Shown: positions 1 to 9,424 of the stretch, in pieces
Layout: each line of letters begins with the position of its first letter
Numbering within the stretch: the first letter of the stretch is position 1
NCBI GenBank assembly: GCA_013002405.1
Contig: JABDKA010000057.1
Coordinates: 516 to 64,515, forward strand
Source of the DNA: Sulfitobacter sp.
Lineage (GTDB): Bacteria; Pseudomonadota; Alphaproteobacteria; Rhodobacterales; Rhodobacteraceae
Reading direction: 5' to 3'
Length of the DNA: 64,000 nucleotides
The notes under the pieces: model-generated
Database searches by the model: none
Told to the model about the DNA's origin: nothing
What the model saw: only the letters and a program-made list of their open reading frames with translations
Position numbers and translations under genes: made by a program

Positions 1-1195
1 TTCCCCTGACGGTGATGGGATGGTTCAGATCCCCGCCTGCAATCGCGTTGACGGAGTTGGTGAGGGCGCGGATGCGGGTATTGAACTGCCGTTCGACGAT
101 CCGCTGATTGGTCAGTAGAATGGTGCCCAGCGCAGCGGCAAGGGCGGTGATGGTGACTATCGTGGCAACAAAAACCGCATCTTCGAGATCCTCTGAAGCC
201 CCCTCCACAATCGCCATAGACCGGTCAACGAGGTCGACAGAAACCCCGGATTTATCCTCGACCAGCGGCCGATGTAGAAAAAGCGCTTTCTCATAGGCTT
301 CCGCCAGTTCAGAGTAGGACCGCCTGCGCGCAAACAGCCCCCCATCGTCGAATAGGAGACTGCGAAGTTCCGCAATCTGTAGGCTGAGCGTGCGGCGCGC
401 TGCGCTATCGGGAAATTGCACGAGACGTCCCAGCATGTCTTTCATCTGTTGCTGAGCAAGAATTTCTTTGCGATCCCCCACAAGCAGGGATGCCCGCCAG
501 CCATCTTCCGCGGCTGTGGCGACAATCGCGTCCAGCATGAAGCCGACGTCGTTCAAAACCAGCGCGGGCAAAAGCATTTCACGATAGCTGCCTTCAATAC
601 TGAAAGACGGATCGAAGTCCGGATTTCCAGACCCCGTCATTGCCGCGTCGGTCCGCGCGCGCAGGTCGAACGTGAGGTCTTCGATGGTCTCATGGCCGCG
701 TTTCTGACGCTGCTTCATATCGGACAGGAGGTCCGCGATCTCAGCGTTGATCTGCGAAAGTTCAGACCGCTGCGTTAACAACTTTTGCGCCGAAGCCTCG
801 GCCCGGTTGAGCCTTTCCGCAAGGCTATCGGCAAGAGCTTCGGGGATCTCGTAGCCGCGCAGGGCATCCAGATCGTCGCGCACCAGGCTCGCTTGATCGA
901 CGATCCGCGCGCGCACCTCGCCCGGCACTCTACTGGGCTGCGGTGTTATCTGACTTTCGAGGGTGACGGAAAGCGCGCTGAGATCCTTCGCCGTACGTTG
1001 GGCAAGGGTCAGCATGGGAAGTGCGGAGTTGTGCAGTGTCTCCTGCGCGGTGGAGATCTTGCCGGTCTGAAACACCACGCCGATCGCGGCGCAAAGCACA
1101 ACCGTTACGATCACGCCAAAGGCCAAGCGAAGCCGCGCGGCAATGCCCGCCGCGGGAAACAGCAGATCCGAAAAGATCGAGCGCCGATATGCCAT
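1..1195 (-). CDS. Membrane sensor with large periplasmic domain and HAMP domain (TorS-like sensor kinase or chemoreceptor); truncated by window edge
   Basis: Not in the ORF track; translated by hand over 1-420 and 1081-1195 (middle not checked): MAYRRSIFSDLLFPAAGIAARLRLAFGVIVTVVLCAAIG (TM1) ... AVFVATIVTITALAAALGTILL (TM2) ... RIRALTNSVNAIAGGDLNHPITVRG (HAMP). In-frame ATGs also at 1219 and 1228. Confidence 0.75.
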   Translation of the reverse strand, partial: MAYRRSIFSDLLFPAAGIAARLRLAFGVIVTVVLCAAIGVVFQTGKISTAQETLHNSALPMLTLAQRTAKDLSALSVTLESQITPQPSRVPGEVRARIVDQASLVRDDLDALRGYEIPEALADSLAERLNRAEASAQKLLTQRSELSQINAEIADLLSDMKQRQKRGHETIEDLTFDLRARTDAAMTGSGNPDFDPSFSIEGSYREMLLPALVLNDVGFMLDAIVATAAEDGWRASLLVGDRKEILAQQQMKDMLGRLVQFPDSAARRTLSLQIAELRSLLFDDGGLFARRRSYSELAEAYEKALFLHRPLVEDKSGVSVDLVDRSMAIVEGASEDLEDAVFVATIVTITALAAALGTILLTNQRIVERQFNTRIRALTNSVNAIAGGDLNHPITVRG

Positions 1196-1218
1196 TCGTG
1201 ACCCATAGGGCGCTGGCA

Positions 1219-1233
1219 TTAAATCCATCTTAA
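1219..1233. promoter_or_regulatory. Candidate CtrA-binding site
   Basis: TTAA-ATCCATC-TTAA, an exact TTAA-N7-TTAA, just upstream of the sensor gene. Confidence 0.4.
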
Positions 1234-1302
1234 TGTGGCTGAACTTAAGAACTGCGCGCTCTTTCACATCGGGGGTGACGGAATGACCGCTACGCCGATT
1301 GA

Positions 1303-1695
1303 CCTGCCGCGCTTTTCGCCCCCACCCCGGAAATGTCGACCCGCGCGGTGCGCCAGGTTGGCGGCTATTTCGATCCTTTCAGGCCCAAGCACTACGCCGA
1401 TCCAGGCATCAAGACGGCCTATTCCGATGACTTCCTACGGGCCCACCGCACAGTGCTGGAGAGGGCGATACCGGATCTTTGTCTGCCCGCGCAGTCGGAT
1501 TACTACTCAGCCTTGTCGAGCGGGCTCGACCGGGCCCTGTCGGGGGTGGGCTCGGCGCGCGGCTGTTTGAAACGGGTGGCTCAGAACTAGGAGCTGATTT
1601 CCAGCAGGAAGGGTCGCGGTCGCCAGGCAGCGGCATGGGCAAACCTGCGCCAGAAATATTCAGCACCGCGCGAAACGATGGTGCGCGATCCTCAG
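1303..1695 (+). pseudogene. Remnant (C-terminal part) of an ABC-type extracellular solute-binding protein gene
   Basis: Frame reads PAALFAPTPEMSTRAVRQVGGYFDPFRPKHYADPGIKTAYSDDFLRAHRTVLERAIPDLCLP..SDYYSALSSGLDRALSG..VAQN*ELISSRKGRGRQAAAWANLRQKY. It resembles the C-terminus of family-1 solute-binding proteins from recall. In-frame stops at 1300 and 1588; no signal peptide or N-terminal part. Confidence 0.55.
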
Positions 1696-1770
1696 GGCAG
1701 CGCACGGCTTAACAAAATTGAAAGGCAGCGGGTGATACCCCTTGCCCCGAACACTTCACGAGGTCTTCCG

Positions 1771-2511
1771 ATGACAACTGGGTCCGAACATTCCAACGTG
1801 GCTCGAAAGGGCGCGACCGAGTATGGGCCGAAAGGCGGCTCGAAAGAGATCGAGGACTTTATCTATCTGATCAGTCACGACGTGCGCAGCTCGGTACGAG
1901 CCCTGATCGAACTGCCGCAATGGATTGTCGAGGATCTCGAGGGGCAAGGGGTCAAAATCGAAGGGCCAGTCGCCACTTCGATCGAGATGCTGAATCGCCA
2001 TACCGGGCGGCTTGACCGGATGCTTGTTGATCTTCTGACCTTCTTCAGGATCGGGCGGATGCAGGAGGTGCGCCGGATAGATCTTGATTCAGCCATCGAC
2101 ACGGTTTTGGAGGCCATGGAAGTGCCCCATGGCTTTCAAGTCGTTCGCAACCTGGAGTGCGACAGCTTCATGATGGGGGAGCGGGATGTGCTGACACTTC
2201 TCAGCGCCCTGATCCAGAATGCGATCAAGCATCACGACCGGACCAGCGGCAAGATAATCCTGATGTCCGAAAAGCAGGGGAATGACGTTCTTCTCTGCGT
2301 CTCGGACGATGGGCCGGGGATCACGGAGGAGTTCACCGAGAAGGTCTTTGGTGCGATGACCACGCTGCGCCCCCGTGATGAAGTGGAAGGCAGTGGCATG
2401 GGTCTCGCCCAGGTTCGCAAGATCGCGCAGCACTACGGCGGGGACGCAACCGCGACGGCATCCTCCTACGGTCGGGGAACACAGATTCGCGTCCGATTTT
2501 CCGCAGGGTAA
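1771..2511 (+). CDS. Soluble histidine kinase (HisKA + HATPase), no sensor domain
   Basis: H-box YLISHDVRSSVR, N-box LIQNAIKH, G1 DDGPGI, G2 GSGMGLA; ATG at 1771 after AGGT. Confidence 0.9.
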   Translation: MTTGSEHSNVARKGATEYGPKGGSKEIEDFIYLISHDVRSSVRALIELPQWIVEDLEGQGVKIEGPVATSIEMLNRHTGRLDRMLVDLLTFFRIGRMQEVRRIDLDSAIDTVLEAMEVPHGFQVVRNLECDSFMMGERDVLTLLSALIQNAIKHHDRTSGKIILMSEKQGNDVLLCVSDDGPGITEEFTEKVFGAMTTLRPRDEVEGSGMGLAQVRKIAQHYGGDATATASSYGRGTQIRVRFSAG

Positions 2512-2653
2512 GAGCGCCCAAATCAGAGGATGAGGGGCAATTCTCCTTGTTAATCAGGGGCGTGTGTCCCGGTGGTGTGCGGGGTGCTAAGAAAACCGAA
2601 GGAAGCCGACCAAATCAATCTCCCATCAACATCTGCATATCAAAGGCGTTTAC

Positions 2654-3313
2654 ATGTTCAATCCGTCCGCTCGCCACAATCCCCAAGTGTCCGAAGTGCC
2701 AGTACCCCGCGACATTCGCGCGCTTTTGCTGGATGACAGCTCATTCGACCGGGCCCGCATCCGCCGGATGAGCGACGATATTCAATTGCCGATCCTTCTG
2801 GATGAGGTCGGCAGCATCGAGGAATTGGACAGCGCGGTGGGCGAGGCGGACTATGACCTGATCCTTATCGACTACCGTCTGCCGATCGGTGACGGGATGG
2901 TGGCGCTGGATCATATCCTGCAAAGCCCCCGCAACCGCGCCGCGGGCAAGATCATGATCACAGGGAATGAGACGCTGGATACCGCCGTGGAGGCGATGCG
3001 CGCGGGGTGCCACGATTTCCTCTGCAAGGACCGGATGAGCAGTGATGTCCTGCGCCGGTCCATCCTGAAAACCATTGCGATGGCGCACCAGACCCCGGTG
3101 GCCACGCTTGATCTGAAAGAACAGCGCGAAATGATCCGACAGGGTGTGATCGACGCCCTCCGAGACAGTGAAGTGCAGGGCAGCATGATGTCACATCTTG
3201 CCCGCCAGTTGGGGGCACAAGGCGCAGCGAGCCTGCTATGTAAGTCGGATCAGGAATCCTTGAACAGCCTGGTGCAGGGGCTCTCCGACCCCGATGACTT
3301 CGTCTTTCACTAG
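2654..3313 (+). CDS. Response regulator (receiver domain plus uncharacterised C-terminal tail)
   Basis: LLLDDSSFD, LILIDYRLPIGDG, MITG, DFLCK receiver motifs. Confidence 0.85.
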   Translation: MFNPSARHNPQVSEVPVPRDIRALLLDDSSFDRARIRRMSDDIQLPILLDEVGSIEELDSAVGEADYDLILIDYRLPIGDGMVALDHILQSPRNRAAGKIMITGNETLDTAVEAMRAGCHDFLCKDRMSSDVLRRSILKTIAMAHQTPVATLDLKEQREMIRQGVIDALRDSEVQGSMMSHLARQLGAQGAASLLCKSDQESLNSLVQGLSDPDDFVFH

Positions 3314-3377
3314 GCCTTGCCAGGCCTTCGCGTTGAAATGGCTTGGCGGGCATGACGGCACGGGCTAAGCCCGATGT

Positions 3378-4226
3378 ATGCGCGTTGCTCTCTTGACCGC
3401 CTTGACGATGGTCGCCTTCGCGGCCAATTCGATCCTTACCCGCCTGGCGGTTGACGGGGATCATATCGATCCGTCGGGCTTTGCAATACTGCGCGTCCTG
3501 TCCGGCGCCGTGGTGCTGGGTATGGTCATGACTGCCCGCGGCGGCGGCCTGCCTATCCTGCGCACCCGGCGGCTTGGCGGAGCCTTCAGCCTGGCGGTCT
3601 ACATGATCGGATTTTCGCTTGCCTATCTCACCCTGGACGCGGGCCTGGGTGCGCTGATCCTGTTCGGGGTGGTGCAGATCACCATGTTCGCGCAAGGCGC
3701 GCTCACCGGCAGCAGGCCCACGGCGCGGCAGTTGGTGGGGGCCGGTGTTGCCTTCCTGGGACTCCTTCTTGCCCTCTGGCCGGGTCCGGGCAGCCAGACG
3801 GATCTGGCGGGGGCGCTGTTGATGGTCTTTGCGGGGCTTGGCTGGGCCGCCTACACCATCCTGGGCCGACGTGCGGCCGATCCGCTTGCGGCCACGACGG
3901 CCAATTTCCTGCTCTGTCTGCCGATCCTGCTGGTGCTTCTTGTGGGGACAGGCCTGCAATTCAGCGCAACGGGTGCGGCGCTCGCCATCGTCAGTGGCGG
4001 CCTGACCTCGGGACTGGGTTACGCCCTATGGTACCGCGTCCTGCCACAGCTGGAGAGTGCCACGGCCGCGATCGTACAGTTGAGCGTGCCGATCATCGCC
4101 ATCTTGGGCGGAGCGCTGCTGCTGGAGGAAGCTGTTACACTGCTGACCGCGCTTTCCGCCGCCCTGGTGGTGGGCGGAATCGGCTGGGCCGTCACGGCAC
4201 GATCGGCTCCAGCGGATCGTAGCTAG
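3378..4226 (+). CDS. DMT/EamA family transporter
   Basis: About 10 hydrophobic segments in two repeats; FAANS and LGYALWY motifs. Confidence 0.88.
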   Translation: MRVALLTALTMVAFAANSILTRLAVDGDHIDPSGFAILRVLSGAVVLGMVMTARGGGLPILRTRRLGGAFSLAVYMIGFSLAYLTLDAGLGALILFGVVQITMFAQGALTGSRPTARQLVGAGVAFLGLLLALWPGPGSQTDLAGALLMVFAGLGWAAYTILGRRAADPLAATTANFLLCLPILLVLLVGTGLQFSATGAALAIVSGGLTSGLGYALWYRVLPQLESATAAIVQLSVPIIAILGGALLLEEAVTLLTALSAALVVGGIGWAVTARSAPADRS

Positions 4227-4647
4227 GGCCGCCATCCGCGTCGAAGGCCACGGCGCGCAGGCTGTCGGGTTTGTGCGGTACTTCGGCCAGTTCCGCCTCG
4301 CTTACCCACCGCCACTCCGAAACGATCGCCTCCTTGTCCTGCCAGTTCGGATCGATCCGGGCGGGACTGCGCAGGATGCAGCGGAAATAGACATCGACCT
4401 GGTGAAAATCCCCCAGTGGATCATGGAATTCATTGACCAGACAGGGCGCGCCGACCTCGATCTCCAGACCACATTCCTCGTAGACTTCCCGGCGCAGATT
4501 ATCTGGAAGGGAGGCGCCGCGCTCCACTCCGCCACCCGGCGCGCACATGAGCGGGCTGCGCCCCGCGGGGTAGGCATTGACCAACAGGAGACGGTCACCA
4601 TCCAGTATGATTGCGCGCACGGCAAGGCGGGGTGAAGAGCGTTGCAT
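4192..4647 (-). CDS. NUDIX hydrolase
   Basis: Nudix box [23 protein letters not shown]; alternative ATG at 4653. Confidence 0.9.
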   Translation of the reverse strand: MQRSSPRLAVRAIILDGDRLLLVNAYPAGRSPLMCAPGGGVERGASLPDNLRREVYEECGLEIEVGAPCLVNEFHDPLGDFHQVDVYFRCILRSPARIDPNWQDKEAIVSEWRWVSEAELAEVPHKPDSLRAVAFDADGGPSYDPLEPIVP

Positions 4648-4716
4648 GGGCATACTTTCGCGTGGTCATCCACGCGTAGCATTTCACAGGAGGGCAAAAG
4701 GGTCTATCTGAACAGC

Positions 4717-5523
4717 ATGACCCGATGGCTTTTCATCCCGCTGGCGCTGATCCTTGCGCTTCTGCCCGCCTGGCAGGCCAAGGCGCAGGACCGCTGCGTC
4801 ATCCTTCTGCACGGTCTTGCCCGGACGGAAACCTCGTTTGCGTTGATGGAAGCGGCGCTTGAGGCCGAAGGCTACCGCGTGGTGCGCCCTGGCTATCCCT
4901 CGACCGAAGCACCAGTGCAGACACTTGTGCGTCAGACCTTGCCCGATGCAGTCTCGGCCTGCGGTGCGGGCAAGGTTGACTTCGTGACCCATTCGATGGG
5001 CGGGATCCTGGTGCGGCAGTGGGTCTATGAAGTAGGGCCCGCGCGGGTTGGCCGCGTGGTCATGCTGGGGCCCCCAAACCAGGGTAGTGAAGTGGTGGAT
5101 CAGCTGGGTGACCTGCCCACGTTCGACTGGATCAACGGGCCGGCCGGGATGCAGATGGGGACGGGTCAGGATTCGCTACCACGCGCGCTGCCCAAGGTGC
5201 CATTTGAGTTGGGCGTAATTGCGGGGTCACAATCGCTGAACCCCTATTTCTCATCGCTGCTGCCAGGGGATGACGATGGCAAGGTCTCGGTTGCCTCGAC
5301 CATGGTCGAGGGGATGAAGGACCATATCGTGCTGCCGGTGACCCATACCTTCATGATGAACAATCCTCGCGTGATCGCCCAGACGATGGAATTCCTGAAC
5401 CGTGGCCGTTTTGACCGCTCCATGACCCTTTTGGATGGGATGCTGGATGCGGTCGGCTGCCCCGACGCGAATTGCCTGATCGGAAGCGAGGCGGAAGCCG
5501 GGCCTGAGAATGCCGACCGTTGA
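4717..5523 (+). CDS. Exported alpha/beta hydrolase (lipase/esterase-like)
   Basis: Signal peptide ..PAWQAKA, LLHGLAR, nucleophile motif THSMGG, DDGKV, HTFMM. Confidence 0.85.
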   Translation: MTRWLFIPLALILALLPAWQAKAQDRCVILLHGLARTETSFALMEAALEAEGYRVVRPGYPSTEAPVQTLVRQTLPDAVSACGAGKVDFVTHSMGGILVRQWVYEVGPARVGRVVMLGPPNQGSEVVDQLGDLPTFDWINGPAGMQMGTGQDSLPRALPKVPFELGVIAGSQSLNPYFSSLLPGDDDGKVSVASTMVEGMKDHIVLPVTHTFMMNNPRVIAQTMEFLNRGRFDRSMTLLDGMLDAVGCPDANCLIGSEAEAGPENADR

Positions 5524-6652
5524 TCTGATGGGTGCGCAGGTGCTTGGCCCGGACGGGTTGAGCCAGGAGCGGCTTTCCGTGAAGGAAGGACGCATCGCTA
5601 AGGACAGCGTTGGTCGTCCTGTGGATCTGTCCGGTTTCATGGTCCTTCCCGGGATCGTGGATATTCATGGCGACGGGTTTGAGCGGCATCTGGCGCAACG
5701 GCGCGGCGCGATGAAGCAGATGGACGAGGGGCTGGTGGCCTGTGAAGCGGAGCTTGCCGCCAACGGGATTACCACCGCGGTTCTCGCACAGTTCATCAGC
5801 TGGGAGGGCGGCATGCGCGGTCCTGATTTTGCGGGCCAGGTTTTTGCTGCCATTAGGGACGTGAACACCCACGTCATCACCGATCTGCGCGCGCAGCTGC
5901 GGTTTGAGACGCATCTGCTAGAGCATTATGACGCCCTGCCCGGACAGTTGCGGGACTGGGGCATTGATTACGTCGTTTTCAACGATCACCTGCCGCACGA
6001 CAGGCTTGCGGCGGGCAAAACCCCGCGCCGCCTGATGGGACAGGCCCTGAAAGCGCGGCGGAGTCCGGAGAAGCATCACGCCTACATGCTGGAACTGCAC
6101 GAACGCCGGGCGGAAGTCCCCGCCGCACTGGACCAGCTTTGCGCCACGCTGGGGGCACAAGGGGTGTCGATGGGAAGCCACGATGACACCTCAGCGGATG
6201 ATCGTGCTACCTGGCGCGGGCGCGCCGCGCGCATCGCGGAATTCCCCGAAACGCTTGAAGCGGCGGAGGCGGCTTTCATGGGGGGTGACACCGTCGTTAT
6301 GGGGGCGCCCAATGTCGTGCGGGGCGGGTCGCACAATGGCAACCTGTCGGCAATCGACCTCATCGCCATGGGCTACTGCCACGCCATCGCGTCAGACTAT
6401 CACTACCCCTCGCCGCGCCGCGCGGCCCTGATGCTGGTCGAGACGGGTCTGTGCGATATGGCGCAGGCCTGGGGCCTGATCTCGGCCGGGCCCGCCGCGA
6501 TTCTGGGGCTGGAGGACCGGGGCACCCTCGTGCCGGGCAAGCGGGCGGATCTGGTCATACTGCACCGGGAAACGGGCAGGGTGGCGGCGACTCTTGTCGA
6601 AGGGCGCGTGTCCTACATGGCAGGAGAGATTGCGGAGCGCTTCACGGGCTGA
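5510..6652 (+). CDS. phnM: PhnM-like amidohydrolase (alpha-D-ribose 1-methylphosphonate 5-triphosphate diphosphatase family)
   Basis: [43 protein letters not shown] motifs. Confidence 0.8.
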   Translation: MPTVDLMGAQVLGPDGLSQERLSVKEGRIAKDSVGRPVDLSGFMVLPGIVDIHGDGFERHLAQRRGAMKQMDEGLVACEAELAANGITTAVLAQFISWEGGMRGPDFAGQVFAAIRDVNTHVITDLRAQLRFETHLLEHYDALPGQLRDWGIDYVVFNDHLPHDRLAAGKTPRRLMGQALKARRSPEKHHAYMLELHERRAEVPAALDQLCATLGAQGVSMGSHDDTSADDRATWRGRAARIAEFPETLEAAEAAFMGGDTVVMGAPNVVRGGSHNGNLSAIDLIAMGYCHAIASDYHYPSPRRAALMLVETGLCDMAQAWGLISAGPAAILGLEDRGTLVPGKRADLVILHRETGRVAATLVEGRVSYMAGEIAERFTG

Positions 6653-6701
6653 ACCAGCGGGATGCTCAGCGGTAAGTTTTTCCGCCAAGATGAAGCAGGG
6701 A

Positions 6702-7769
6702 TCAGCGCACAATGCGGTTGACGTGGCCCATCTTGCGACCCGGTTTGATGTCGCGCTTGCCGTAGAGGTGGAGCGCGGTGTCGACCTCTTTCGCGAGCTC
6801 AGGCAGGCGGTCCATGTCATCACCGATGAGGTTTTCCATGGTAACGTCCGCGTGGCGGCTGCCGTCGCCCAGGGGCCAGCCTACGATGGCGCGTATGTGC
6901 TGTTCGAACTGATCCACGGTACAGCCATTCTGGGTCCAGTGGCCCGAATTGTGAACGCGGGGGGCAATTTCGTTGACCACGAGGCCCTGGGGCGTCACGA
7001 AAAGCTCCACCCCCAGAACGCCGACGTAGTCGAGCGCATTCAGGATGCGCCCCGCCAGCAGGACGGCGTCCGTGCGCTGGGCAGCGGAGAGGCGGGCAGG
7101 CACCGTGGTGGTCCGCAGGATCCCCTCCCGGTGGACGTTTTCACCTGGATCGAAGCAGGCGACTTCACCCGAGGGACCGCGCGCCGCGATGACCGAAACC
7201 TCGTGGCTGAAGTCGATAAAGCCTTCCAGGATTGCGGGTGCGCCCTGCATGTCCTTGAGGGCCCCTTCGGCGTCATCGGGGGAGGTGAGGCGGGCCTGCC
7301 CCTTGCCGTCATAGCCGAAGCGGCGCGTCTTGAGGATCGCGGGCGTGCCGATATCGGTGAGAGCCCGGGCCAGGGCGTCGGCGTCCGACACATCGGCGTA
7401 GGGCGCCACGGCAAGGCCGAGATCGGAGAGGTACTCCTTCTCCGTCAGCCGGTCCTGAGAGATGCGCAGCGCCTCGCGGCCCGGCCGGATCGGCACCAAC
7501 GCCTCGATCAGGTCGAGGGCGGCGGTGGGGACGTTCTCGAACTCGAAAGTGACGACATCGCAGCCTTCGGCGAAGGCGCGCAGGGCGGCCTCATCCTCGT
7601 AGGGTGCGGTGGTGACGGCATGGGCCACATCGCCCGCGGGCGGCTCGGTGCCTGGCTCATAGATATGGCAGCGGAACCCGAGGCGCGCAGCGGCGACCGA
7701 CAGCATCCGGCCCAGTTGGCCGCCCCCCAGAATGCCGATCGTGCTGCCTGGGGCGAGGGGATCAGTCAT
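6702..7769 (-). CDS. purK: N5-carboxyaminoimidazole ribonucleotide synthase
   Basis: [44 protein letters not shown]. Confidence 0.97.
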   Translation of the reverse strand: MTDPLAPGSTIGILGGGQLGRMLSVAAARLGFRCHIYEPGTEPPAGDVAHAVTTAPYEDEAALRAFAEGCDVVTFEFENVPTAALDLIEALVPIRPGREALRISQDRLTEKEYLSDLGLAVAPYADVSDADALARALTDIGTPAILKTRRFGYDGKGQARLTSPDDAEGALKDMQGAPAILEGFIDFSHEVSVIAARGPSGEVACFDPGENVHREGILRTTTVPARLSAAQRTDAVLLAGRILNALDYVGVLGVELFVTPQGLVVNEIAPRVHNSGHWTQNGCTVDQFEQHIRAIVGWPLGDGSRHADVTMENLIGDDMDRLPELAKEVDTALHLYGKRDIKPGRKMGHVNRIVR

Positions 7770-8250
7770 CGCTGGGTTCCTGCGGTATGGAGGCGCTGAG
7801 GGCCGCGCGCCAGTCATCGAGACGGGCCGCAAGGGCCGCATCTTGCAGGGCAAGGATGCCTGCCGCCATGAGGGCCGCGTTGGCGGCTCCTGCGGCACCA
7901 ATGGCCATGGTGGCAACCGGATAGCCGCGCGGCATCTGGAGGATGGAATAGAGCGAATCGACACCCGACAGGGCCCTTGTCTGGACCGGAACGCCGATCA
8001 CGGGGATGCGCGTTTTTGAGGCCATCATCCCGGGCAGATGCGCCGCACCCCCCGCACCCGCGATGATCACCTGCAGGCCGCGGTCGGCCGCCGTCTTGCC
8101 ATAGTCCCAAAGCCTGTCCGGCGTACGGTGGGCCGAAACGATGCGCTTTTCGTAGGCAACGCCCAGCTCATCGAGGAGGGCTGCCGCTTCACGCATGGTG
8201 GCCCAGTCGGACTGGGACCCCATGATGATGCCGACGGGGGGGGTGGTCAT
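7762..8250 (-). CDS. purE: N5-CAIR mutase
   Basis: [28 protein letters not shown]; overlaps the purK start. Confidence 0.97.
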   Translation of the reverse strand: MTTPPVGIIMGSQSDWATMREAAALLDELGVAYEKRIVSAHRTPDRLWDYGKTAADRGLQVIIAGAGGAAHLPGMMASKTRIPVIGVPVQTRALSGVDSLYSILQMPRGYPVATMAIGAAGAANAALMAAGILALQDAALAARLDDWRAALSASIPQEPSDD

Positions 8251-8316
8251 GCTGCGCGCCTTTGTCCTCGTGATCGGAGCGCGCACTATAGCCAAGGCGC
8301 GCGGGCCTGCAATGCG

Positions 8317-8541
8317 TCAGGCGATGATGTCGGGGGTCAGGCGGTCTTCGATCTGGGCGATGATGTCCTTGAGCCGCAGTTTACGCTTTTTGAGCCGCTG
8401 CAAGGTCAGTTGATCGGCAGTGTTTCTTTCGCTCATTGCGCGGATCGCCTCATCCAGATCGCGGTGTTCGCGGCGGAAAACCTCAAGCTCCACCCGCAAT
8501 ACCTCATCGGTTTTCATCGAAAGATCGGTGGGTACGGTCAT
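8317..8541 (-). CDS. DUF465/YdcH family coiled-coil protein
   Basis: EHRDLD..I, LQRLKKRKLRLKD.I, PDIIA C-terminus. Confidence 0.85.
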   Translation of the reverse strand: MTVPTDLSMKTDEVLRVELEVFRREHRDLDEAIRAMSERNTADQLTLQRLKKRKLRLKDIIAQIEDRLTPDIIA

Positions 8542-8606
8542 GGGGGCCGGTCCTTAGCACACTATGTGAGGCGTAATATAAGCCTTCACCACAATTCCGC
8601 ATAGCC

Positions 8607-8635
8607 CTTGCGGAGCCTAACTGCACACCCCATAT
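8607..8635 (+). promoter_or_regulatory. RpoH (sigma32)-type promoter
   Basis: CTTG-N17-CCCCATAT upstream of the Hsp20 gene. Confidence 0.7.
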
Positions 8636-8674
8636 TTGCTTCAAAGGGTTGCCATAAAGGGACCCGACCTGACT

Positions 8675-8704
8675 GTCGCTTTGATCGCAAGGACGTGTCG
8701 CATG
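8675..8704 (+). promoter_or_regulatory. ROSE-like RNA thermometer hairpin
   Basis: GUC(G)CUU pairs with the SD AAGGAC with a bulged G (UCGCU motif), immediately before the Hsp20 AUG. Confidence 0.55.
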
Positions 8705-9115
8705 ACGAAACTGACGCTCGGCTCTTATCCCCATATGCTGGGGTTCGAACAGCTGGAACGGGTACTTGAACGCACCGCCAAGGGCGGCAATGACGGATAC
8801 CCGCCTTTCAACATCGAACAGACCTCTGATTTCAGCTATCGCATCACGCTCGCCGTGGCAGGCTTTGCCGAAGATGACCTGTCGATCACCGTCGAGGACC
8901 GCCAACTGGTGATCCGCGGCCGCCAGAGCGAGGACACGGGCGACCGCGTCTTTCTGCACCGCGGGATCGCGGCACGGCAGTTCCAGCGCTCTTTCGTGCT
9001 GGCCGAAGGTGTCGACGTGGGTCAGGCGCAGATGGAGAACGGTCTGCTGCACGTGGACCTGACCCGCGCCCAGCCTGAGTCAGTGGTTCAGACGATCAAG
9101 ATCAAGAAAGGATAA
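8702..9115 (+). CDS. Small heat-shock protein Hsp20 (IbpA family)
   Basis: YPPFNIE, ITLAVAGF, FLHRGIAARQFQRSFVLA, NGLL. Confidence 0.93.
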   Translation: MTKLTLGSYPHMLGFEQLERVLERTAKGGNDGYPPFNIEQTSDFSYRITLAVAGFAEDDLSITVEDRQLVIRGRQSEDTGDRVFLHRGIAARQFQRSFVLAEGVDVGQAQMENGLLHVDLTRAQPESVVQTIKIKKG

Positions 9116-9119
9116 GACG

Positions 9120-9344
9120 ATGACAGTGATAAACCCTCAAGACCAAGGTCAGGACCGCACCGTCTACGTCAAGGCGATTTCGGTTACAGATCTGCCGCGC
9201 GAGGTGCGCGCGCAAGCCGAGGGGCTGGAACAGCTCTATGCCGTGCATGACGCGACCGGCCAGCAGCTGGCACTGGTGGGGGACCGCAAGCTGGCCTTCC
9301 ACCTGGCGCGTGAGCATGATTATGCGCCCGTGATGGTGCATTAA
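9120..9344 (+). CDS. DUF1150 family protein
   Basis: VYVK, LYAVHDATGQQLAL, VH C-terminus; typical position after Hsp20. Confidence 0.8.
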   Translation: MTVINPQDQGQDRTVYVKAISVTDLPREVRAQAEGLEQLYAVHDATGQQLALVGDRKLAFHLAREHDYAPVMVH

Positions 9345-9380
9345 GCTGGCCTTTCAAAGCCTGCTTTGAGAGAAATAGAT

Positions 9381-9412
9381 GGGTCGCAGCGGTGCTGCGG
9401 CCCTTTTGTTTT
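9381..9412 (+). terminator. Intrinsic terminator of the hsp20-DUF1150 operon
   Basis: GGGTCGCAGC-GGT-GCTGCGGCCC followed by a T-rich tail. Confidence 0.7.
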
Positions 9413-9424
9413 GGGGAGGGTCCG

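Noticed and set aside
1588-1590. TAG read-through (pyrrolysine or recoding) fusing the fragment to the kinase
   Set aside because: No pyl genes seen; the fragment is also N-terminally truncated, so a TGG-to-TAG nonsense mutation is simpler
4192-4226. 35-bp tail-to-tail overlap of the EamA and NUDIX genes
   Set aside because: Short convergent overlaps are common and need no special mechanism
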